Positions 1 through 18,122 of a stretch of 64,000 bases of DNA are shown here, in pieces. Position 1 is the first letter of the stretch. The number at the start of each line of letters is the position of its first letter. Position numbers and translations under genes: made by a program. The notes below the pieces were generated by a model. The model saw only the letters and a list, made by a program, of their open reading frames with translations, was not told the DNA's origin and made no database searches. The DNA is from the human T2T-CHM13v2.0 reference genome, Homo sapiens: assembly GCF_009914755.1 (NCBI RefSeq), contig NC_060940.1; one strand, written 5' to 3'.

Positions 1-2
1 TT

Positions 3-2340
<2,338 letters not shown>

Positions 2341-2399
2341 TATGATGTTATTTTGCTCGTTAGTTGATGCAGTTTTTTCCTAGCACTGATGGTCTTTAT

Positions 2400-3418
2400 A
2401 ATTTGGCATGTTTTTGCAGTCGCTGGTACTGGTTGTTCCCTTCCATGTTTAGTGCTTCCTTCAGGAGCTCTTGTAAGGCAGGCCTGGTGGTGACAAAATC
2501 TCTCAGCATTTGCTTGTCAATAAAGGATTTTATTTCTCCTTCACTTATGAAGCTTAGTTTGGCTAGATATTAAATTCTTGGTTGAAAATTCTTTTCTTTA
2601 AGAATGTTGAATATTGGCCCCCACTCTCTTCTGGCTTATAGAGAGAGTTTCTGCGGAGAGTTTTGCTATTAGTCTGATGGGCTTCCCTTTGTGGGCAACC
2701 TGACCTTTGTTTCTGGCTGCCCTTAACATTCTTTCCTTCATTTCAACCTTGGTGAATCTGATAATTATGTGTCTTGGGGTTGCTCTTCTCAAGGAGTATC
2801 TTTTGGTGTTCTCTGTATTTCCTGAATTTGAATGTTGGCCTGCCTTGCTAGGTTGGGGAAGTTCTCCTGGATAACATCCTGAAGAGTGTTTTCCAACTTG
2901 GTGCCATTCTCCCCATCACTTTCAGATACACCAATCAAACGTAGATTTGCTCTTTTCACATAGTCCCATATTTCTTGGAGGCTTTGTTTGTTTCTTTTTA
3001 CTCTTTTTTCTGTAAAGTTCTCTTCTTGCTTCATTTCATTCGATACTCAATCACTGATACCCTTTCTTCCACTTGAACGAATTCAGCTACTGAAGCTTGT
3101 GCATGTGTCACGTAGTTCTCGTGCCATGGTTTTCAGCTCCATCAGGTCATTTAAGGTCTCTACACTGTTTATTCTAGTTAGCCATTCATCTAATCTTTTT
3201 TCAAGGTTTTTAGCTTCCTTGCGATGGGTTCGAATGTCCTCCTTTAGCTCGGAGAAGTTTGTTATTACCAAGTTTTTGAAGCCTACTTCTGTCATCTCGT
3301 CAAAGTCATTCTCCGTCCAGCTTTGTTCCGTTGCTGGCGAGGAGCTACAGTCCTTTGGAGGAGAAGAGTCACTCTGATTTTTAGAATTTTCAGCTTTTCT
3401 GCTCTGGTTTCTCCCCAT
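2400..3418 (-). pseudogene. L1 ORF1 (p40), disrupted
   Basis: MGRNQSRKAENSKNQS... 3418-3083 ends prematurely; further pieces in other frames (3034-2789 LQEIWDYVKR; 2792-2598 RATPRHIIIRFTKVEMKE). Confidence 0.93.
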
Positions 3419-4465
3419 CTTTGTGGTTTTATCTACCTTTGGTCTTTGATGATGGTGACATACAGATGGGGTTTTGGTGTGGATGTCCTTTTTGTTGATG
3501 TTGATGCTATTCCTTTCTGTTTGTTAGTTTTCCTTCTAACAGTTAGGACCCTCAGCTGCAGGTCTGTTGGAGTTTGCTGGAGGTCCTCTCCAGACCCTGT
3601 TTGCCTGCGTGTCACCAGCGGAGGCTGCAGAACAGCAAATATTGCAGAACAGCAAATATTGCTGCCTGATCCTTCCTCTGGAAGCTTCATCTCAGAGGGG
3701 CACCCTGCTATATGAGGTGTCTGTAGGCCCCTACTGGGAGATGTCTCCCAGTTAGGCTACTGAGGAGGTCAGAGACCCACTTGAGGAGGCAGTCTGTCCA
3801 TTTTTAGAGCTCAAACTCCATGCTGGGAGAACCACTGCTCTCTTCAGAGCTGTCAGACAGGGACATTTAAGTCTGCAGAAGTTTCTACTGCCTTTTGTTC
3901 AGCTAAGCCTTGCCCCCAGAGGTGGAGTCTACAGAGGCAGGCAGGCCTCGAGCTGTGGTGGGCTCCACCCAGTTCAAACTTCCCAGCCGCTTTGTTTACC
4001 TGGTCAAGCCTCAGCAATGGCAGACACCCCTCCTGCAGCTTGGCTGCCACCTCACAGTTTGATCTCGGACTGCTGTGCTAGCAGTGAGCAATGCTCCGTG
4101 GGCATGGGACCTACTGAGCCATGTGTGGGATATAATCTCCTGGTGTGCCGTTTGCTAAGACTGTTGGAAAAGCACAGTGTTATGGCGGGAGTGTCCCGAT
4201 ATTCCAGGTACCGTCTGTCCATCTGTCACGGCTTCCCTTGGCTAGGAAAGGGAAATCCCCCAACCCCTTGCGCTTCCCAGGTGACGTGATGCCCTGCCCT
4301 GCTTTGGCTCACACTCCGTGAGCTGCACCCACTGTCCAACCAGTCCCAGTGAGATAAACCAAGTACCTCAGTTGGAAATTCAGAAATCACCCGTCTTCCG
4401 CATTGATCATGCTGGGAGCTGTAGACCGGAGCTGTTCCTATTTGGCCATCTTGGAATGATCCACC
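3419..4465. promoter_or_regulatory. L1 5'UTR: internal sense promoter (firing leftward) and antisense promoter (firing rightward)
   Basis: Intact YY1 motif CAAGATGGCC on the minus strand at 4444-4453. L1PA 5'UTRs are known to be bidirectional. The ZNF93-associated 129-bp segment is present at ~3575-3705. Confidence 0.7.
4017..4289 (+). CDS. L1 antisense ORF0 homologue, open, 90 aa
   Basis: MADTPPAAWLPPHSLISDCCASSEQCSVGMGPTEPCVGYNLLVCR... matches primate L1 ORF0 (MAGAPPPASLPPCSLISDCCAS...). Strong Kozak gcaATGG. C-terminus is longer than the canonical ~71 aa. Translation not shown. Confidence 0.7.
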   Translation: MADTPPAAWLPPHSLISDCCASSEQCSVGMGPTEPCVGYNLLVCRLLRLLEKHSVMAGVSRYSRYRLSICHGFPWLGKGNPPTPCASQVT

Positions 4466-4618
4466 TGCCACATTTTCTTTATCCAGTCTATCCTTGATGG
4501 ACATTTGCATTGGTTCCAAGTCTTCACTATTGTGAACAGTGCCTCAATAAACATACGTGTGCATGTGTCTTTATAGTAGAAGGATTTATAATCCTTTGGC
4601 TATATACCCAGTAATGGA
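4466..4618 (-). mobile_element. Older L1PA ORF2 3' fragment, host of the nested L1
   Basis: gccacattttctttatccagtctatc...catacgtgtgcatgtgtctttatag...tatatacccagtaatgg is the reverse complement of the L1PA ORF2 3' end. Confidence 0.88.
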
Positions 4619-4724
4619 TCATTATTTCTGTTTTTTCAATGGCAATTGTCTCCTGATCTGTTGGCTTCAGTATACTTGAGTAATGATAAAATCTACATTT
4701 TAAAACACATGAGATGTTTTTAAT

Positions 4725-6470
4725 GTATATTTGCCTTCGTTTCTTTCAGCAATATTTTGTGGTTTTTCTTGTGCAAATCTTTCGTCTCCATTGTTGTTTA
4801 TTCCTAAGTATTGTATTCGTTTCCATGCTATTGTAAATAAGATTGTTTTCTTAATTTTCATTTTGGATTGTCTGTTGTTAGTATATAGAAATGCAAATAA
4901 TTTTTGTGTGTTGATTTTGTATCCTACAATTTTGCTGAATTTATTTTTTGTGTGTAAGTATGACTAAGATCGTGTCATCTACAGAGATGTTTTTACTTCT
5001 TTCTTTCCAATTTGAATGGCTTTTATTTTTCTTGCCTAATTTTTCTGGCTAGAACTTAAATTTCTAGCCCATGGAAAAAGCAGGCATATTTGTCTTTCTC
5101 CTGATCATTGGTGAAAGACTATGATGTCAGCTGCAGATTTTTATATATGGCCTTTATTATGTTGAGGAAATGTCCTTCTATTTCTAGTGTATTGAGTATT
5201 TTATCATTTAAAAAAGTTAATATTTTTCTGCATTGATTGAGATGATTATGTGTTTTTTCCATTCTTCTCTGCATGTGGTGCATTAAATTAATTGATTTTG
5301 TTTGTTGAATCCTCTTTGTACTCAAGGAGTAAATCCTCCTTGGTCATGATATATAACCCTTTTAAAATGCTGGTGAATTTTAGTTGCTAATATTTCTGTT
5401 GAGGAACTTTTCATCAATATTCATAATCTTTCCTTGTCATGTTTTTGCCTGGCTTTGCTATCAGGGTAATCCTGGTCTCATAAAATGAGTTAGAAAGTGT
5501 TACCTCCATTTCAGTTTTCTGGAAGAGTTTGAAAAGGATTATTGTTTATTCTTCTTTAAATATTTGGTAGAATTCACTGGTAAAGCCCTCTGGTGCAGGA
5601 TTGTTCTTTGCTGAGTGGTTTGATTACTGATTTTATGTCCTTACTAGTTATAAGTCAGTTCAGATTTTGTATTTCTCCATGACTCAGGCTTGGTAGTTGT
5701 ATGTTCCTACAAATTCATTCGTTTCATCTATGTTATTCAATATTTTGGCATGCAGTTGTTCATAGTACTCTGAGATCATCCTTTTTATTTCTGTAAAATC
5801 ATAAGTAATGCTCTCACTTTCATTTCTGGTTTTAGTTATTTGAGTCTTCTCAATTTTTCTTAGTCCGGCTAAAAGTTTGTCAATTTGTTGATCTTTTCAA
5901 ATTATTAAGTTTTGGTTTTGTTGAATTTCTCTATTATTTACCTATTCTCTATTTATCTCAATTCCTTTTTTCTGCTAAATTTATGTATACTTTACTTGTC
6001 TAATTCCTTAAGGTGTAAAGTTAGGTTATTTATTTGAAATTTTTATTTTTCTTTAACGTAGGTATTTACAGCTATAAATTTCCCTCTGAGTACTGCTTTC
6101 ACTGCATCTCACAAGTTTTAGTATGTTGTGGTTTTGTTTTTATTTGTCTCAAGGCAGTTGCTACATTTTCTTCTGATTTCTTCATTTATCTTTTGGTTGG
6201 TTAAGAGTGTTTTGCTTAATTTCCACATATTTATGTATTTTCCAGTTTTCCTTTTGCTATTGTTTTCTAGTTTTATTCCTTTGTGATAAGAAAATATACT
6301 TTGTATGATTTCAGTCTTTTTAAATGTAATAAAATTTGTTTTGTGGAGTAACATGGTTTACCCTGGATATGTTCTGTGCACACTTGAGAAAAATCTGTGT
6401 TCTGTTTTTGTTGGGTGGCATGCTCTGTGTATGTTAGGTTAAATGGGCTCTCTCTGTTTCCTTATTGATC
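4725..6470 (-). mobile_element. Ancient L1M (mammalian-wide) ORF2 region, decayed
   Basis: Degenerate ORF2 peptides on the minus strand (5119-5325 ILNTLEIEGHFLNIIKAIY; 6118-6354 IIQSIFSYHKGIKLE...MWKL). Confidence 0.85.
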
Positions 6471-6580
6471 TTGAACCCAGGAGGCGGAGGTTGCAGTGAG
6501 CCGAGATTGCACCACTGCACTCCAGCCTAGGTGACAGCAAGACTGTGTCTCAAAAAAAAAAAAAAAAAAGAAAAGAAAAA
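6471..6580 (+). mobile_element. Alu right-arm fragment with A tail
   Basis: ttgaacccaggaggcggaggttgcagtgagccgag...ctcaaaaa. Confidence 0.92.
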
Positions 6581-6589
6581 AGATATGCT

Positions 6590-6810
6590 TGTCAATCTAT
6601 GTAAAATAACCACAGAGATTTTGAAAGGAATCGTATTCAATCTGTAGGACAAATTGAGGGGTATTACCATCTTAACAATATGGAGTCTTCTGATCATGTA
6701 AGTGAGGCATCTTTCCATTTACTATGATTTAATTTCTTTCCATTTCTTTCTTATAGTTTTCTGTGTAGAACTCTTGCACTTCTTTTGTTAAATATACTTT
6801 GTCATTTTAA
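6590..6810 (-). mobile_element. L1M fragment
   Basis: Minus-strand peptide RLHIVKMVIPLNLSYRLNTIPFKI resembles L1 ORF2 ([23 protein letters not shown]). Confidence 0.75.
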
Positions 6811-6989
6811 TTGTTCAATTAAAATTGAACAAATTGAAAAATTGTTTGTTAAGTCTGGTTCTAGCACTGATCCCTAGAAAACTTAAAAGAGACACTTTAT
6901 CTCTCTATTTTTGTCCCCTATAAGTAATAACATGGTCCTGTATTCATTTTTTAAAACTTTGAAAAATATGCATTTCCAAAGATTCTCAC

Positions 6990-7050
6990 ATTCATTCATT
7001 CATTTATTCAGCAAACATTTATTAAACACCTTCTATGTGCCAGGCAGATA
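6990..7050 (-). mobile_element. L2 3' end fragment
   Basis: (cattc)n followed by agcaaacatttattaaacaccttctatgtgccaggca. Confidence 0.65.
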
Positions 7051-7484
7051 CAGATATCTGCCCTTATACAGACTAAAGCCATAGAATTTAATATTGACAT
7101 ATCAATAAAACTCAGTAAAAATATTTAAAATAGCCTCTGAAAACTTATATCACTTATTTGAATCTTTTATCAGACTTATACATTATATTCAAGTTTTTTT
7201 GTTAAAACTTGAAATACCACATATATCTATAAACAACTACCTCTAAAGAAAATGGATAGTTCATAAAGATTATTGCTAAAATTTTGTGAGCTTTTTCTTC
7301 CTTTTTATCTTATTTTTAATGTTTGTTTCTAACCATTGTGAGTGAATTAAAATGTATTTAAATTTTTTAAATACCTTCTGGGTGAGTACATAAAAAGAAA
7401 AGAGATGTTAATATAAGTGGTTTATAGCTTCATTTAAGTGTTTTTCATGTCTTAACAATATAAGGTGAATTACTGGGGAGATGA

Positions 7485-7690
7485 TCTCTGGGCTTTTAAG
7501 AATCACAGTACTGCCACTCACTAGCTGACTCATTTTGATGAAGCTTCTTGACTTTCTGAGCCCTGATTCTATCCTTTATGGATAGATTAATGGAGATGAT
7601 AATACTCATTATTTAACCCATTTTAATTGTAGACGTTAAACTAGATAATATTTGTGAATGTATTCTGAAAACTCTAAGGCACTGTATGGA
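7485..7690 (+). mobile_element. MIR SINE
   Basis: ctgccactcactagctg...ctgagccc...aatggagatgataatac core-SINE-like text. Confidence 0.55.
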
Positions 7691-8707
7691 TGTATTATTT
7701 TACATGATATTCGATTTCTGTCAACTCTCCCACAGGAGTACCAGCTCATGATAGGAGTCAGTAATTGGATGCTCTGGGCAGCCTATTTCTTCACGTTCCT
7801 CTCTTTGTATTTTATTATCATCATTTTTATGTGCATAATTTTCTTTGTCAAGGCAAGTGTCTATTTGGCTGCAGCATGTTGTGGATAAACTTTGAGAGGG
7901 AAAGTAGAAACATGGTGTGGGGCCAGATGGGCCTCGGGTTTCTAGGGGATGAAATGTGGCTTTTGTTGACTTCACAGTGGAAACTCAGAGACTGCTTAGT
8001 CTCTCAGCAAACAAAACTTTAGACCTAGAGGGATGGGCCATCTGTAGGAAATAAATTGTTAACTCTCCATCTCACTAAGCAGAGTCATCAGTTTCACTAA
8101 GACTATTAAAACACTTATGGATGTTTCATTTTTCCTCTTTGGTTTTGGTGTGATACCGCTTACAGCATGACTAAACTGGTTTCCTAATTGTTTTGCTAGG
8201 TTGAACCTGCACCAGTCATCCAAAGCAGTGACCCAACGCTTATCTTTATCTTTTTGCTGTTTTATGCCATCGCCACAATATGCTTCAGCTTTATGGTTAG
8301 CACTTTCTTCAGTAGAGGTGAGTCTGAGATTCCAGTGGTGAAATATTCTCAGTAACTACACTTTAGCTGCCAACTCATCTACAGCCTCTGTTTACACACT
8401 CTAACCGAAAAGACAAATATCATGTACACGTGAAATGATTTGGAAGGGAATGAAGAGAGCAATGACAATTAATGTAGCACAGGATACATGTGAAAAAAGA
8501 CAAAAACCAAAATAAGATCATGTCTGTGTGTTCTTTCTAACCTTTAGCTGCTACTTCATGTATGGTATTTGTCCAACCCTTCCAGCAGGAAGGGTTGAGA
8601 TGGAGATGGCTTCTGTATATTCCATTGGAGGGACTGATGTATGCTAGTATCTGATGATGAGAGTGATATATGTGAAGAGAAAGAAAATGGCAGTGCTACT
8701 TCAATGA

Positions 8708-9146
<439 letters not shown>

Positions 9147-9189
9147 TGAATATTATATGCACAAAAAGTAGTTTATAAAATACATTAGT

Positions 9190-9572
9190 CAGGGTCACAT
9201 GATTTGCAGAGTACAACTGGGGACCCAGGAAAACCAGTGGTATAATTCCAGTCTGACTCTGAAGGCCTGAGAACCAGGGGAGGTGGTGGTGTAAATCCCA
9301 GTTCAAAGGCTGGAACAGACTAATGTCCCAGTCAAGAAGGCAACAAGGAAGAAATGAGAGCAAATTCCCCCTTCCTCCACCCTTTTGTTCTTTTCAGGCC
9401 CTCAACAGATTGGATGATGCCTGCCCACATTGGGGAGGACCATCTGCTTTACTGAGTCCACTGATTCAAATGCTTATCTCATTTGGCAACCTCCTCACAG
9501 ACACACCCAGAAATAATGTTTAATCTGTATACTCCATGGAGAGTCAAGTTGGCACATAAAATGAACCACCAT
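9190..9572. mobile_element. MLT2-type (ERVL) LTR
   Basis: gaaggcctgagaaccagggg...ggccctcaacagattggatgatgcctgcccacattggggagg...ctcacagacacacccagaaataatgtt...cataaaatgaaccacca. Confidence 0.8.
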
Positions 9573-9660
9573 AAGAAGACATGCAGAGAACAATGAAAAT
9601 TAACAAAGCATAGTGTACACATTTAAAAAAAAAAAAATGGATTAAGATATTCCAGGTCGA

Positions 9661-10000
<340 letters not shown>

Positions 10001-10083
10001 TCAATCAAGGTAGGTTTGTGAAGGATTTGAAGATGGGAATGAATAGGAAGTCAAGTCAGTGGATGCAGCTATACATTCATTCA

Positions 10084-10515
<432 letters not shown>

Positions 10516-10929
10516 TCACTAGAAGGAGATGAGAATTCCTCATGCTCCATATTCTTGCCAATATTTAGAATTGCCAAGCTTTTAATTGTGCCAAATTAGG
10601 GATATGAAATGTTATCGCATAGCAATTTAAATCTACATTTCCCAATTGTTAATGAAGCTGTGTGTTACTAATATGAGTCATGTGTGTCTCCTCTTCTGTA
10701 ACTGTTAGCGCATTCTGATTTTTTATAGTTATTGAAATTTTCTGACAATATTTTTACTTAAAGTCTATTTTGTCTGATATTCATATAACCACCCTGATCT
10801 CTTTTTGTTATTTTCATGGAGTATCTTTTTCCATCCTTTCACTTTCAACCAGTTTGTATATTTGAATCATTTTTAAAAAATCCATTCTGCCACCCTTGCC
10901 TTTTATTGAAGATAATAATACAGAACATT

Positions 10930-11260
<331 letters not shown>

Positions 11261-11753
11261 TTATATATGTCATATCTTTTTTCTCTCATAGCTTCCATTT
11301 TGAGTCCCATCTAATTTCCTTTTCTGTATATTTTCTAGTTCTTCTCTGAGGGGATAATTTGGATTTTACAATTAGTATCTTAAACAATTTAATTTGGGTT
11401 AATAACAATTTAGCTTTAATACTATACAAAAGCTCTTCTGTCAAGCTTCAGCCCCTCTTTGTGTTGGTATTTTTGCAAATTACATCTTTATATTGTGTGC
11501 CTATTAACATGTTTATCATTATTTTATGCATTTATCTTTTAAATCATATAGAAGGAAAAAGAAACCATTATCATAACACTGGCTTTTATATCTGCCTATG
11601 TAGTTACCTTCACTGGAGCTCTTTATTTTTTCATGTGACTTCATGTTACCATCTAATGTCCTTTCATTCAGCTGAAAGAACTATATTATAGGGCAGGTGT
11701 ATTAGCAAATTTTCTTAGCTTTTGCTAATCTGGCAATTTCTAATATCTCCTAA

Positions 11754-11820
11754 TTTTTTTTTTTTTTTTTTTTTTTTGAGACAGAGTCTTGCTATGTTGC
11801 TGAGGCTGGAGTACAGTGGC
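11754..11820 (-). mobile_element. Truncated Alu (tail plus ~45 bp)
   Basis: T-run then gagacagagtcttgctatgttgctgaggctggagtacagtggc, after which Alu similarity ends abruptly. Confidence 0.85.
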
Positions 11821-12200
11821 CTTTCTACTACAATGAGGAATTCTGCCTTGGGACTTGAGAGAGGTAGCAGTCCTAGGGTGTGGGTTAGGGGCATTCACTG
11901 AAATACCATGTAGCAGCGTAACCTGTGGCTATTGAAATGTGGCTGTAGGAATATTGCTCATGACTTGACTTCTGCTCTTGAATATTCATAGCTGGGCAGC
12001 AGAGAGCGATGTGAGGACTATACTTATGGCATGATACCATTTTTATTGCAAATATATAGGTATATGTGGAAGTTGATTAAAAATTTATGTGTGATCATTT
12101 TTACAGTGCCTATCTCTAGGTAGTAGGATAATTTTTATTTTTCCCTTTGTCTTTTATTGTAGTTTCTCAGTTATTTCCAATAAGCACTGCATTAATTTTA

Positions 12201-12854
<654 letters not shown>

Positions 12855-13339
12855 AAGGAGAGGAGATTTCTGTCAGGCACAATTTCTGTCAGGCACAGTA
12901 GCAGGAACCAGATTGAATTCTCTTGCCATTGAAATCTGGACAAAAATCTGTGAATCGGCTGTCCTAAGACATTAGACAAGCAACAGCACAGGACCGTGAT
13001 CCTGAGAGAAGGAACATGAGAGGAGGGGACAGGGAGATGCCAGGCAGAGATAGCTACATCACTGCATGGAGGAGATGGGTTGGAGTTGAGAGAGGCTGAG
13101 GCAGCAGAAAGTTGTGGAATCAAGTTCTTAAGAGCAGAGGGTTACACGGGGACCTTCTTGGGTGTTTGGGGGATTCCAAGGCAGGCATGAGCTCAATGGC
13201 TCCTAAGCTCACCCCAGGCTGGGTGGTGGTTGGATTCCCACTAGCCAGAGTCCTCAGTGATCAGTCACTGCACTAGCTGGCCATGCCTACTGGCAGGCTA
13301 AACTGTCCCTAGAATAAAGGCAGAGCTTAAGAGAGCCTG

Positions 13340-13632
13340 AGAAAGATCACATTAAATCACAAGTAACAACACTTTTAAAAGAAAGACAGCAAAACCTAGA
13401 CACCCAACAAAGTAAAATTCACAATCTCCGGTATCTAGTCCAGAGTACCAGGAAGCAGGAGATTGTGACCTATGATCAGAAAATCAGTAAATAGGAAGGG
13501 ACCCTGTCTGGAATTAACTGACCAGGACATTGAAATCTATTAAAATTACATTCAGGAATTTAAAGGAAAAAAGGAACATAGCAAGGAGAGAAATAGAAGA
13601 CATAAAAAAGAACCGTATGGAACTCCTAGACT
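13340..13632 (+). mobile_element. Old L1M 5'/ORF1 fragment
   Basis: caacaaagtaaaattcacaat...caggaagcaggag...aaatagaagacataaaaaagaacc...ggaactcctaga pattern. Confidence 0.55.
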
Positions 13633-14564
13633 CGAAGAGCGAGGAGAGTTGCTGCCAGGCTTGCCTTCCATGTGTTTCGGGTACGTGCATTTGGTAAGGT
13701 TAGCGGTCTGCTTCATCCAATGGGGAATCAAAACCCAAGTTAAATGACTTGCCAGGACCTTAGTGAGCAAGAAGCTGCTGTTATATAACCTGACGACTGC
13801 CAGATATGTTGGCCTGCGTCATTAGGATACCAGAATCTTGAAAGGGTAAATTTAATGAGCTGAAATTTCATAGCTGGAAATGTAGACTCAGAACATTTGC
13901 ACAGTAGTAGACGGTGGTGTAACATTGTGTGAAGCCGAGTGTTTTGCTGGCTGCGCTGGTGTGCAGGAGCTTCCTCGGAGCCCTTGTGGTTGGAAGGTGC
14001 ACTCTGGAGCACACCCATTCTTAGCTTGTCTACCCTGTGGCCCCAGTGGAGCGTTTTGGAGCTGCTGGGAGGAGCTGTCCAGGGACAGACTGTCATGGTG
14101 GCAGTGGGCTGGAAACTGTTGTCTTTGGGGAAACGGTTAGAAATTGAGATTTCACAAGGTTTGATAATGGTTAGATGCCTGGAGAAGCAGCACATAAGTG
14201 AAGAATTAGGCTGGTTTTGTAGGTGCTAAGAGGGTCAGTGGAGGAACAGCAGCTCCGCGGAGGTGGGCTTCAGCCCAGCTGGGATTTTGTCATTTTCTTC
14301 CTGGGGTGCACAAGGCTTGCTCGAGGACCTGTGGTGGTGAGTGCTCTGTAACTGCTCAGGCGGACAGGAAACCGCCGTGGAGCACGCAGCACTGCCTGGC
14401 GGTGGTTGCTTTGGGACATGACCCATCACTGGAGGTGCTCAGGTGGAGTCAGGGTCTTTGGCTGGAGCCAAGCTCTCCACATGCAGCATGCAGGTGGGCA
14501 TGTTGAATCTCCTTTGAATCTCATGAATTTGAGATTCTGATTTAGTGTAGCTAGGCAATTTCTA

Positions 14565-14918
<354 letters not shown>

Positions 14919-14962
14919 TTAAAAAATGTATTCAGTGGAATCTATGTACTATGGCAATTTAA

Positions 14963-15826
<864 letters not shown>

Positions 15827-16433
15827 GACTACATTTTTATGCTTAAAAGCTTTTTAAAATTAGTCATTATAATTCTCTGCAACAAAACTACGTGTATACA
15901 ATGAAAATTAAAGTTTTTCTGTGCTCTTAATATTCTAAGAGTTTAAGAAAATTATGATTGAGACATCATTACAGTGAAAATTAATACACAGTACATCAAA
16001 GCAAATGTATCTCATTTTGATTAAACACAGCAAGTAAAATTTGTTGGAAATGTATCTTTAAGTGCGTGGATGAGACTTTTGCTCTATTAGTTTAATTACC
16101 CATGGACAAATATTGCCAGCCTGAAACAGCTTTTAATGTCCACTTTAAGAACTTCATTCATTTAAATAAGTTGGGACTAAAAGGGGTTTTGTCATAGCAG
16201 CATCACGCCACTCTCAGGCCCTTCTGCATTCCATGTCGGAAACCTCAGTTCCTAAGACTCACTCGTAGTGATCTCTGCAGAAGAGTGGAGATGCAGTGAG
16301 CCGAGGAAAAATGAAGCATTTCCTCTTCTCTGCTGTGGGAGTCGAGAGTGAGGGACGGGGGTGCACACATGCTGCACAAGGCAATGCCTAAGAAACTTCT
16401 CGTTCACCCCGTTCACACCTGTTGCCCCCACAG

Positions 16434-16570
16434 AGCCGATGATGAGCACCCCACCTCCTGCCAGAGAGCTCCTGCAGCCACAGCCGCAGCCGCAGGCCCT
16501 GCACTACGCGCTGGCCAACGTGCAGCAGGTGCAGATCCACCAGATCGGAGAAGACGGACAGGTGCAAGTA
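16434..16570 (+). pseudogene. BANP: BANP-derived exon A (137 nt, phase 1 to 0)
   Basis: ccccacag|AGCCGATG...CAAGTA|gtacgt. Confidence 0.92.
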
Positions 16571-18122
16571 GTACGTACCCTCTCCACCTCGCACCTTGGG
16601 AAAGGGGGCTGCGGGGTGGGCCACGGCAGGGCCCTGGCGGCTTCCACCAGTTCCGCTGTGTTTCGGGAGCACAGTGATAGCTTGGGAGGAGGCACAAGGT
16701 TCCCATTTAAAGTAGAGGTCATCATGGCCATGAGCTCTTAACATTTCACAGGTGGGGGCGGCTGCTGCAGAGCCTAGGGATTGAAGCACATGGTGGGGTG
16801 GGGCGTTCAGTCAGCTCACCTCAGTCCTGCCAGCAGGCAGGCGGGCAGTCAGCTCCAAGGGTCAGGCTGTGCAGTGGTCCCTGCCCCAGCTCGTGCTCCT
16901 GGGAAGCATCGGAAATATTTCTCAGCTCAGAAGTGCAGGCGTCCTCTTACTGAGGGAAAGAGTAATTTCCTTCTAGGATCAGTGGCAAAAGCTTGAGGTC
17001 ATTGTTCCCATGCAGCGTTTCCCTTGGAGTTACTCAGCACACCCAGGTTGGGCGGGCACTGTCCCAGCAGCAAGTCAATGTCCTGCCTTGCCCATGCGGA
17101 GTTCTCTGTTGGGGTTTTGTGACCCAAGCTGTGGTCAGTCTGATGCGCCTAGGGGCTCGCTCCCGGGTGAAGTCCCTCTACAAACACCTCCTGGATTCTG
17201 TGGCACGAGAGTAGGGGGCGGCTGAGAAGAAGACTTTTCTGGAAGCTTTGCTGAGTGACTAGAAATTTTACATGCACCACTAGACATCGCCTATGTTTTT
17301 AGTGGCACCAGCCCCCTTGGGCCCTCTGAAGACAGGTCATCGTGTGCCTCCGTGTTACCAGGGCTTTCTCCTGGAAACAAGGTCCTCCACTGTTGAGAGT
17401 GGGTCGTGGCTCTCATCTCAGTGTGGCTTCAGCGTGCTGTCTGGAAGAGGGAAGGCTTCCAGAAAATTCTGGGGCTTTTAGAGGGGGCATTACCCTTCCT
17501 CTTCCAAAGGAGATGAGACAGTTATGAATAGTGAATCTTATTTAATAAGCTTATTAATTTATTTGACATTCACAATGGCAGTTCCTCTCATCTTGTTAGT
17601 AAGAAGTTCTTTGAAAGCGTTCCAGAGTAGATAACTTTGTCATAAGGCTTACATAGAACATTCTACAGGAGTTTAAGATCCATTTCGACTAAGAGAGAAT
17701 TTCAAATAAGATAAGTATTCATTTCATTTACAGGTTTATAGGAAATATTTGTCTGCCCATATGTATAAACAGTGGATTCTTTGATTTTTTTTGAATCACA
17801 TTTGTTAGTGTTTCCTCAAACTGTTTAAATAGTCATATGAGTGTTTCTTTGATTTGAAAAATGTTGCCTGCCCTGTTGTGAGTGTAGGCACGCAAACAGC
17901 TCCCCTGCTTCAGCCATACACTGCTTGCGTAGCCTCCCAGCATCCCCAGAGAGCTGAACGTATCATTTGAAAAGAGGTGTCATTGTGATTTTCTATTTCC
18001 CCTCTTTTCTGTGTGTCATGCACATTTTAAAATTTACTTGTTTAGTAACATTTAAAGATGTATATATCTTTCCTGGGACCTATTGCTCCTTTGTGAAGTA
18101 CTGGAACATGTTCTGTGTTACA

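Noticed and set aside
3627-3660. 17-bp direct repeat gcagaacagcaaatatt x2
   Set aside because: Lies in an internally repetitive part of the older L1PA 5'UTR, so probably a subfamily feature.
6811-6832. 10-bp perfect hairpin ttgttcaatt-aa-aattgaacaa
   Set aside because: Short and AT-rich; expected by chance or slippage.
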